A stretch of 64,000 nt of DNA from Spirochaetia bacterium (GTDB lineage: Bacteria > Spirochaetota > Spirochaetia > UBA9216): the NCBI GenBank assembly GCA_963675665.1, contig OY776510.1, positions 2,016,001-2,080,000 of the forward strand. Reading direction: 5' to 3'. A model generated the notes under the pieces. The model had not been told where the DNA came from. It searched no databases and was given only the letters and a program-made list of their open reading frames with translations. The translations under genes and the position numbers were made by a program. Positions 29,772 to 36,867 of this stretch are shown one piece after another; position 1 is the stretch's first letter; each line of letters opens with the position of its first letter.

Positions 29772-30218
29772 TCAATATCGGGCTTTTTCCGCCTGTATAT
29801 CATAAAAAGCCTCCGCACCCTTTTCTTTTATGATTCCCCCGTTTTCAAGCCATCGTTGATAGAGGTTTTCTTTAAGGCCGGATTTGTCACAGGGGAATTG
29901 CCGGCATTCACCGCAAAAATCCGCATCCTGTTTCACGAAACAGCTCTTTATTCCGCATCCAGGCAGGCAGTTTTTACCGCCGGCACGGCAGCCGTCGCAA
30001 CCGGCATTTGCAAAAAATGAGAGGATTTTCTCAAACGCTTCATACTGGGAAAAAGGTTCAAAAAAAGATGACATTTTTTCCGCCATCCTTTTATAGTTGC
30101 CGAGAGAAGATAACAGGGCCCGGCTCTGTTCCGATATTTCTCCATTGTTAAATGATGCGCACCTTGAACAGTCAAGTCCGCAGGGAGCAAGTTTTTCCAG
30201 AAGTTCATCTCTTGTCAT
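29772..30218 (-). CDS. Cys-rich DUF3795-like protein
   Basis: APCGLDCSRC, CDGCR, CGIKSC, FCGECRQFPC; AAGGAG RBS before MTRDE. Confidence 0.75.
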   Translation of the reverse strand: MTRDELLEKLAPCGLDCSRCASFNNGEISEQSRALLSSLGNYKRMAEKMSSFFEPFSQYEAFEKILSFFANAGCDGCRAGGKNCLPGCGIKSCFVKQDADFCGECRQFPCDKSGLKENLYQRWLENGGIIKEKGAEAFYDIQAEKARY

Positions 30219-30307
30219 GTTTGTTCTCCTTATAGGGCACCTCTGATATGATGTGACCCATGTCAAGTTAAAATATCCAGGTTTTATCTATAAGATCCCC
30301 CCCCTGT

Positions 30308-30506
30308 CCAGGACAGGAAGAAAGATAGAACAACGTTTATGCGGCGATAGACCACTCTGATATTCGCGGATTGGTTACCGCAGGTCAATGGGATCGTCGG
30401 GAGCTGCCTCTGTCTAAAACCGAGGATCAATATTATTATTGCCTCATAGAGGTGCCGAGGGTTCTCCTTTATCACTGTTGTTGTTCTATCCATCCTTCTG
30501 TCCTGG
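30308..30506 (-). ncRNA. Predicted bridge RNA (seekRNA) of the IS110 element
   Basis: Long closing stem (CCAGGACAG..GATAGAACAAC / GTTGTTCTATC..CTGTCCTGG) encloses two stem-internal-loop-stem arms whose loops match the target and donor/junction sequences. Confidence 0.8.
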
Positions 30507-30530
30507 TAGCTTATTAACCAACTATCGAAG

Positions 30531-31634
30531 TCATGCGACTTCTGTTCTACCTACCATCATTCCCCAAATAAATCCTGATAATTCTCTGGCAACTGCCGTA
30601 ACAGTTTTCTGAGGGCATACCCCTCTACGAATCATCCTGAAATATTTCTTACTCAACCTTCTGCCGGCTTTATCAGCATAAGCTATTGTTTCAGCAGATT
30701 GTCCTTTCCTTCTCGCTGTCAGTCGTTTCGATGGCGAATACCTTTGGTAATGCCAGCTTGATTCCACTAACAGCCGTCGTAGCCTGGAGTTGCCGGCCTT
30801 CGTAATCCCGCCAAGCTTCCGGCCCTCTCCGCTTGAGTATTCTGACGGCACAAGTCCAAGATACGCCATGAAGGATTCCGCTTTTTTAAATCTTCTGAAA
30901 TCTCCTATCTCGCATACAAATGTTAATGCTGTTAATGTCTCTATACCTTTGAAACATCGAAGCCGGGATACCCTTTCTTTATATCTGTCTTCAGCAGCAA
31001 TCTCTTCTATTTTTTCCTGCAACCGTTCAATCTTTTCCTCTAATTCCACAATCGCAAGATAATATTCTTTTAAAACTTCTTTATGCATTACCTGTTCAAA
31101 CTGCAAGTTTTTCAACCAGGTTCGATGCGCCCCTGTCCAGTACTTTTTCCCAATATCATATTTCTTCCCGTTCCTTAGCAGAAACTGTAAGAGCCTCTGT
31201 TTCTGTTTCCTCAAATCAATTTTCATATCGTTACACATCCTCATGTAATCACGAACTGATTCATCTGTGCGTGTCGGTATATTCACCGGTGTTATTTCCT
31301 GATTCCTTAATGCTCTGGCTAATTTGACTGCATCCCTCTTGTCTGTCTTTATTCGGTCTCCGGGTTTCCTCGGCAATAATGATGGTGCTGCTACGTAACA
31401 GATAATTCCCATATCTTCAAGTAATCTATAAAGTGTAAATCCTGTAGGGCCTGCTTCGTAACAACACAGAATATTTTCTCCATTCTCTTTAAGTCGCTTG
31501 AAGAATCTTTTAATATTTCCGGGTTCGTTCCTGAGCTCTCTTTCAAACTCAGGATTCTGATAATTATCTCTGAATACCGCTACTGCGATTGATTCCTTGT
31601 GGACATCCATCCCTACATAAATTACACTATTCAT
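30531..31634 (-). CDS. IS110-family recombinase/transposase
   Basis: RuvC-like DEDD residues (GMDVH, YEAG, KTDKRDA), coiled coil, Tnp20 domain with GLVPSEYSSG serine motif and ITKAGN; GGAGG RBS. Confidence 0.95.
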   Translation of the reverse strand: MNSVIYVGMDVHKESIAVAVFRDNYQNPEFERELRNEPGNIKRFFKRLKENGENILCCYEAGPTGFTLYRLLEDMGIICYVAAPSLLPRKPGDRIKTDKRDAVKLARALRNQEITPVNIPTRTDESVRDYMRMCNDMKIDLRKQKQRLLQFLLRNGKKYDIGKKYWTGAHRTWLKNLQFEQVMHKEVLKEYYLAIVELEEKIERLQEKIEEIAAEDRYKERVSRLRCFKGIETLTALTFVCEIGDFRRFKKAESFMAYLGLVPSEYSSGEGRKLGGITKAGNSRLRRLLVESSWHYQRYSPSKRLTARRKGQSAETIAYADKAGRRLSKKYFRMIRRGVCPQKTVTAVARELSGFIWGMMVGRTEVA

Positions 31635-31872
31635 AGTGGCCTCCGTTCCTTTGTATGTGGCGTGTCTGCGCTTTGCCATTAGCCATTGTGTAGGCTAATC
31701 CACGATTTTGCAAACACGGCGGTCACTTCATATTGTCTAATAACCCTAAATTGGGCTTATCAGAGGTGCCTTGGAGTTTACTTATTTCCTTATCAGTTAA
31801 TAAGTAAACATCCACAGTACGTCTAAGGAAGACTTCTAAAAACTGCAGTTTTTAGAAGTCCCCTATAATAAG

Positions 31873-31897
31873 GATGCATTAAAGAAGTTAAAGGTGC
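31873..31897 (-). promoter_or_regulatory. Possible ECF-sigma promoter (GCACC-15 nt-GCATC)
   Basis: Immediately downstream of the ECF gene; in the reconstructed pre-insertion allele it abuts the DUF3795 RBS. Confidence 0.4.
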
Positions 31898-31910
31898 GCA
31901 AAAAATTGGT

Positions 31911-32690
31911 TTATTCGGATTTTTTTAGCATGGAGCCTATGGCAAGAGCTGTCTTTTCATACCAGGAGATGTCGGGTTTTCTTTCCGGAAGATTTCTGAA
32001 AAGAGATATTACCTTCTGCATTGTTTCCGGATCGCTTTTTTCAGAGTAAGCAGGATCGGTAAAATCCGGCGGACCGCCATGTTTTCGACCTTCTTCACGC
32101 AGGGTTTCCCTGTGTCCGGAGAACTCAACCCAGGCCCTGCAACTGCAGGAATTTTCCGGTAGCACCCATTGGCAGTGATGCCCGAAGAAGGCATTGAGAT
32201 TCTTTCTTGCGCGAAAAAGAAGCGATTTCACTGATGAAAGGGATAGTTCCAGCAGGGCTGCTGCCTCTTCGATTGAAAGGTCGAGCATATCGACGAGAAT
32301 AAAAGCTGAACGCTGTGCCAGGGTGAGTCTGGAGGCCATTGCTATGAAGCATCCGTCCTGCAGTTCCCTTACGGACTCTTCAACCTCAACCTCATGATCC
32401 GGCAACGGCGAAATATCCGCAAATTTATCTTCAAAACCGTCTTCAGGTTGCATAATTCTCCCGGCTTTTCGCTGTGAAAGAAGATAGTGGTTAAGGCAGA
32501 TACTTCTGAGCCAGCCTGCAATTTTTTTCCTGTCTGCAAGCTGGCTGCGTTTCTCCCAGGCCGACAGAAGCGTCTGCTGGGCAAGGTCTTCAGCCTTGTG
32601 GACATCGGCACAGAACCTGAACGCTGTTGTATAGGTGTAGTTTATATACGCTGTAAGTAATTCTCTAAAGCTGTCGTCGTCAATTCCCAT
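31911..32690 (-). CDS. ECF sigma factor with Cys-containing C-terminal extension
   Basis: Region 2 (AEDLAQQTLL, GWLRSICLN), region 4 (QRSAFIL...SVKSLLFRAR), then CQWVLPENSCSC. Confidence 0.88.
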   Translation of the reverse strand: MGIDDDSFRELLTAYINYTYTTAFRFCADVHKAEDLAQQTLLSAWEKRSQLADRKKIAGWLRSICLNHYLLSQRKAGRIMQPEDGFEDKFADISPLPDHEVEVEESVRELQDGCFIAMASRLTLAQRSAFILVDMLDLSIEEAAALLELSLSSVKSLLFRARKNLNAFFGHHCQWVLPENSCSCRAWVEFSGHRETLREEGRKHGGPPDFTDPAYSEKSDPETMQKVISLFRNLPERKPDISWYEKTALAIGSMLKKSE

Positions 32691-32705
32691 AATATTTTCC
32701 TGTAT

Positions 32706-34022
32706 TTAATCGAAAAGATTCAGCTGCCGGTTATCATCATGTTTGTTGAAAGACGGCTTTGTTCGGGATTTCTTTTTTTCGGGAGATGCGAGTGGTTTTC
32801 TTGAAGAATGTTCAGCATAGGAATCTCCGGGAACGGCTCTTCTCATGACTGTCCGGCCTCCCCACAGATGAGAGTTTTCCCATTCCCGGGAGATTAGCTT
32901 GTCAACATCCGCCTGGGGTGAAGCTGTTTTTTCAAGCCAGCGGGTAAAACGGTCGAGTTTTTTCATTCCGTTGATTTTCTCCGTGTTGCCGGTTTTTGCA
33001 GTTTCAAGTGCACGCTTAACAACCGAGATGCTTTTATCATATACCTTCAGGGGGACCGGAGCAGGGTGTCCGTCTTTTCCCCCATGGGCAAATGAAAAAC
33101 GGGCGGGATCCGTAAAGCGGCTCGGCCCTCCGTAAATTACTTCGCTTACCAGCGCAAGGGACTGTACCGTACGCGGGCCTACACCCGGCATCAGAAGGGC
33201 TTCGCTGAAATTACTGAATTTCTCATCCCAGGCTGCGGCAAGGACCGCCCCGAGGCGTTTTGAAATCACGTCCTGTGGTTTTACTTCGTGATGAGAAGGG
33301 AGTATCAACCGGGGAGTCCTCATGAGCAAATCAACCTCGTGCTGTTGTCTGTCCGGATGTTCATTCATGAATTCAAGGATGCCTTCCCGGTTTCGGGCGG
33401 CCCGGCTGTCGCTGAGATTTATAAGATCTCCATCCTGAAACGGACCTACTACCGCAGTATGCGGATCGTCAAGGAATGATCGAAGGCCTTCAGATCGCCA
33501 GTGATAGCGCCTGGCCGTGCCTGTCTGCCGGTTCATTCCCTGCTGGATTACTGACCAGTTACCGTTTTCCGTTATCACAAAATTATGCAGATATATCTGA
33601 AAGCCGTCCTGAAGACAGGAGTTATCTATTTTTGCCGTAAGACGGCTTGCCCGGGTAAGATCGTCGCCGGAAAGACCTGTCTTCATTGAATATTCTATTA
33701 GTTCCCGGGGTGTCTGTCTGGAATATTTACCTCTCCCTCCGAAAACTGCGATCCCGAAATCTTTGCTTCTTGGATTTATTCCCCGTTGAATAGCTCTCAT
33801 GACCGAAGTCGTTATTCCTGATGAGTGCCAATCCATTCCAAGTACTGCTCCGAAAGCCTGAAACCAGTAAGGATCGGAAAGCCTTCGCAAGACTTCATCG
33901 GTTCCGCTGTCCATAATTACAGCCTCTATCATCGCTGTTCCGAGTTTCATCATCCTGTCGGCCAGCCATGAAGGAACTGTTCCGTAATGAAGAGGCAAAT
34001 CTGCGCTTCCGCTGCGTTTCAT
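32706..34022 (-). CDS. DUF763 family protein
   Basis: ADLPLHYG, LSDPYWFQAFG, GMDWHSSGITT, QDGFQIYLH, FSFAHGGKDGHP. Confidence 0.85.
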   Translation of the reverse strand: MKRSGSADLPLHYGTVPSWLADRMMKLGTAMIEAVIMDSGTDEVLRRLSDPYWFQAFGAVLGMDWHSSGITTSVMRAIQRGINPRSKDFGIAVFGGRGKYSRQTPRELIEYSMKTGLSGDDLTRASRLTAKIDNSCLQDGFQIYLHNFVITENGNWSVIQQGMNRQTGTARRYHWRSEGLRSFLDDPHTAVVGPFQDGDLINLSDSRAARNREGILEFMNEHPDRQQHEVDLLMRTPRLILPSHHEVKPQDVISKRLGAVLAAAWDEKFSNFSEALLMPGVGPRTVQSLALVSEVIYGGPSRFTDPARFSFAHGGKDGHPAPVPLKVYDKSISVVKRALETAKTGNTEKINGMKKLDRFTRWLEKTASPQADVDKLISREWENSHLWGGRTVMRRAVPGDSYAEHSSRKPLASPEKKKSRTKPSFNKHDDNRQLNLFD

Positions 34023-34059
34023 CAGAGAATTATAATATTCTTTTATGAAAATTAACAGG

Positions 34060-34080
34060 CTGCAGTTTTCAAAAGTCCCC
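34060..34080. repeat. Degenerate right end of the MITE-like repeat
   Basis: CTGCAGTTTTCAAAAGTCCCC versus CTGCAGTTTTTAGAAGTCCCC at 31843-31863. Confidence 0.55.
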
Positions 34081-34085
34081 GTATC

Positions 34086-35903
34086 TTACTGATTTACAAA
34101 ATAGGCTGCGCCGACAGCCTGGGCAAACTGCGCAACAGTAAAATGCGGATCGACTTCGAGCTGTCTCATCAGCACTGTATTTGCAATTGTGGAATCCGCA
34201 ACCTCAAATCTAATATCCTTTTTAATTGCTGCAGCTCCTTCGCACATCAGTTTAAAGCATTTCTTCCTCTTTACAAGCCTGCCGAAGAGAACCCTCGAAT
34301 CGGCGAGCGGGTTGAGGATTTTCTTTGTTTCAAGCCATGTCACGGCAAGAAATTCACCAATCTCTCTCCATATTCGGGCGTTTACCGTATCATTTTCCCT
34401 TTCGGGCAGTTTCATCATATGTTCAAGAAAGGGTTTTCTCATGTCCTTTGGCTCGGTCGGAACATAGAAGCCCCGTTTACCGTCTGTTGTTTTTTCTGCA
34501 ACAAAACCGAGCTCTTTCAGTTCTTCGAGAAGTTCAGGCGCTTCGGTCGGAAAATATTTCATTGCAAGCCTGAAAACCCCGCTCTGGCTTGTGTATTTCT
34601 GTAAGGTGCCGGGCAGCCAGGTATTGAAATTGTTTATGCTTCTAAGATCGTCAGGTTCGAATTCCCTTTCGGTATAGCTGCCGAGATCGATGATATAGTT
34701 ATATACTTCAAGCGGAATGTCCGGAATCTTTCCGTTCTCTGTTACCCAGCCGGTTCCAAGTTCAGTCCCGAGTGTATGCGCAAACACACCGTTTTTTATC
34801 ATTTCCGGCTTGTCTGAAGCGGCAATCTCCACTGCAGCGGTAAAAGACGCCATCGGCCCGTCATTTATTATCAGAACCTTCCCGTCTTTTTTGATCAATT
34901 CATGAATTCTGTCGTTAAGGTTCGTAAGCTGCAGGAAATCAGTTTCATAATCAATCTCCGGGTTGTTTCTTATCCCGCGGGTTTTGTAAACCTCTCCGCC
35001 TACAACTTTGTTGCGAACAACAACATCCGGAAAGCACATTCCGACGCCGTCTATTTCTACCATACTGTACTGAAGCAGTTTTTCCACTTCTGAGCAGGTC
35101 TCAGTCATTAGTTTTTCTGTGGCAGTTATATCAAGAGCCTTCAGCATTTTTTCTTCAAGTTTGAATTTTTCAGCAGAATCAGGTGCTGCATCCAGCGACG
35201 CTTTCGCTCTCATAAGCCTGACTATAAGACAGATTGGCTCAACAAGCTGAACGGACGTTGTGAATTTGGCCGGAAACCAGTCATATTCCTTATAGCAGTT
35301 AATTTCTCCGTTTTCAACAAGCACGATTTTTATATCCGTTCCGCCGACGTCTATGCCGCAGAAAAGCTTTCCGTCCATGTTTTCGGTTGCCTTTTTATAA
35401 ATATCAAGATCAGAAGCCTGTTCGGCAGCTTTGGCTTCAGGAACCGGGACTTTGTCGGTAACGTGAACATGAAACCTGAACCCCCCGCTTTCAGGGCTTA
35501 GCGTATCAAGCATCCGGTCGATTACATTTACACATCTTCCGTAACCTTTGCGTTCGGACCGCGATTTGTCTATACCGAATACGGTATTAAGTCCCTTTGC
35601 CGATTCCGCCAGTTCACCGGAATTTTCATTGATATAAATATCCATTTTTTTGCCGCCCAGGCTTGAAAGAATGTTGTAGATCTCCGCCCAGAGGTATTCA
35701 TTAATAAATTTTATTTCATCCTGATCTTTTCCGGGTAACGGTATTCTGATCGGGAAGTATCGCTGCGCTTCGTTTTCAAGGAGGGTCAGAATACAATGAA
35801 GAGTTCGACTCTCGTTATCCGGCAGGCTTTGGAAATAATCATAAACGCTGTTTATATATACCGGTTGGCCGGATTTTGCTTTTGATAATAATTCTGATAT
35901 CAT
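34086..35903 (-). CDS. Large divergent ROK/ASKHA-fold protein (putative sugar kinase) with unknown N-terminal domain
   Basis: GIDVGGTDIK, GMCFPD, INDG, TLGTELGTG, AQAVGAA; no ROK Zn-binding CxCGxxGC. Confidence 0.65.
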   Translation of the reverse strand: MISELLSKAKSGQPVYINSVYDYFQSLPDNESRTLHCILTLLENEAQRYFPIRIPLPGKDQDEIKFINEYLWAEIYNILSSLGGKKMDIYINENSGELAESAKGLNTVFGIDKSRSERKGYGRCVNVIDRMLDTLSPESGGFRFHVHVTDKVPVPEAKAAEQASDLDIYKKATENMDGKLFCGIDVGGTDIKIVLVENGEINCYKEYDWFPAKFTTSVQLVEPICLIVRLMRAKASLDAAPDSAEKFKLEEKMLKALDITATEKLMTETCSEVEKLLQYSMVEIDGVGMCFPDVVVRNKVVGGEVYKTRGIRNNPEIDYETDFLQLTNLNDRIHELIKKDGKVLIINDGPMASFTAAVEIAASDKPEMIKNGVFAHTLGTELGTGWVTENGKIPDIPLEVYNYIIDLGSYTEREFEPDDLRSINNFNTWLPGTLQKYTSQSGVFRLAMKYFPTEAPELLEELKELGFVAEKTTDGKRGFYVPTEPKDMRKPFLEHMMKLPERENDTVNARIWREIGEFLAVTWLETKKILNPLADSRVLFGRLVKRKKCFKLMCEGAAAIKKDIRFEVADSTIANTVLMRQLEVDPHFTVAQFAQAVGAAYFVNQ

Positions 35904-35904
35904 T

Positions 35905-36867
35905 TTAATATTCTCCTTTCGTTGTTTCTATTGCTGTTTCTATCATTGAGACGTTTGTTTCTCTTTTTGTTTTAATCCCCTGTTCCGATAAAATTGCGTA
36001 AAACCCGTCAAGTTCGTCCTCTGTGTAGGGTTTCATTACTGTCAGATACTCATGTTCTTTTCCCATAAGTCTGTACTTGTTTTCCGCCAGCGGGTTAAAA
36101 TTTATTAATTCAATCTCTGTTTCAGGCGAAAGGTTGTAAACAAATGATCCGATAGCTTTCAGGTTATCAGCGGTTGTTGTTATCTCAGGGATAAGCGGAA
36201 TTCTGACCAGCATGTTCTGTTTGGTTTCTATCAGTTTTTTAAAATTTGAATGAATCAGTTGGTTTCCGGTTCCCGTATATTCCCTGTGCTTTTCGTCGTT
36301 AAAAATTTTCAGATCGACGATGAAAAGATCCACCAGTCCAAAAAATGATTCAAATATTTCTTCTTTTGCGTACATTGAGGTTTCTATGGCAGTTTGAACG
36401 CCGGCGTCTTTACATTTTTTCAGAACAGCTTTACTGAATTCATGCTGCAGCATCGGGTCGCCGCCGGACAGGGTAATGCCTCCGCCGGATTTCTCATAGA
36501 AAAGCCTGTCCTGAAGCAGTTCTTTGACTGCTTCGTCTACGTCGATCTCCCAGCCGTCAAATGAAAGAGCATTTGTCGGGCAGATTTCTGTGCAGATGCC
36601 GCAATTATTGCATTTCTGATAATCAATAATAATTGAAGATTCACCCGGTTTCCCACGCGAAAGGGCGTTTTCCGGGCATGCTTCAATACAGCTTCCGCAG
36701 CCTATGCACTTGCTGTTGAAAAACCACAGGTTCATGCTGCTGCTTATTCCTTCGGGATTGTGGCACCATATGCAGTTTAACGGGCAGCCTTTCAGAAAAA
36801 GTGTTGTGCGGATGCCCGGGCCGTCATGGATTGCGAATTTTTTTATATCGAAGATTCTCCCTTTCAC
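35905..36867 (-). CDS. Glycyl-radical enzyme activating enzyme (radical SAM with ferredoxin insert)
   Basis: HDGPGIRT, GCPLNCIWCHNPE, two CxxCxxCxxxCP motifs, GGITLSGG; GTG start overlapping the upstream stop. Confidence 0.95.
   Translation of the reverse strand: MKGRIFDIKKFAIHDGPGIRTTLFLKGCPLNCIWCHNPEGISSSMNLWFFNSKCIGCGSCIEACPENALSRGKPGESSIIIDYQKCNNCGICTEICPTNALSFDGWEIDVDEAVKELLQDRLFYEKSGGGITLSGGDPMLQHEFSKAVLKKCKDAGVQTAIETSMYAKEEIFESFFGLVDLFIVDLKIFNDEKHREYTGTGNQLIHSNFKKLIETKQNMLVRIPLIPEITTTADNLKAIGSFVYNLSPETEIELINFNPLAENKYRLMGKEHEYLTVMKPYTEDELDGFYAILSEQGIKTKRETNVSMIETAIETTKGEY

Larger units (their letters stand above)
30245..31738 (-). mobile_element. IS110-family (IS1111-group architecture) insertion sequence, 1494 bp, CT core
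   Basis: CT at both junctions (30243-44, 31737-38). Sub-terminal IRs TATGATGTGACC (30247-58) and GGTCACTTCATA (31721-32). Short 5' and long 3' non-coding ends. Removing it restores a GGCACCTCT...AGAGGTGCC hairpin. Confidence 0.9.
30235..31863. repeat. ~135-bp MITE-like palindromic element (30235-30244 + 31739-31863) split by the IS110 element and flanked by TATA direct repeats
   Basis: TATA at 30231-34 and 31864-67. Reconstructed termini GGGCACCTCTAA / TTAGAAGTCCCC are imperfect inverted repeats (10/12). Three internal hairpins include the perfect 30-bp palindrome GACTTCTAAAAACTGCAGTTTTTAGAAGTC (31831-31860). Related copy at 52874-52984. Confidence 0.8.

Noticed and set aside
30284-30493. 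69-aa ORF in the IS 3' end
   Set aside because: It coincides with the structured, guide-bearing RNA region and has no protein motifs.
30246-31742. Alternative IS boundary with an ATA core/duplication
   Set aside because: ATA also occurs at both ends and gives the same length, but the RNA loops match GGCACCT-CT, CT-AA and CT-GATAT, which places the crossover at CT.
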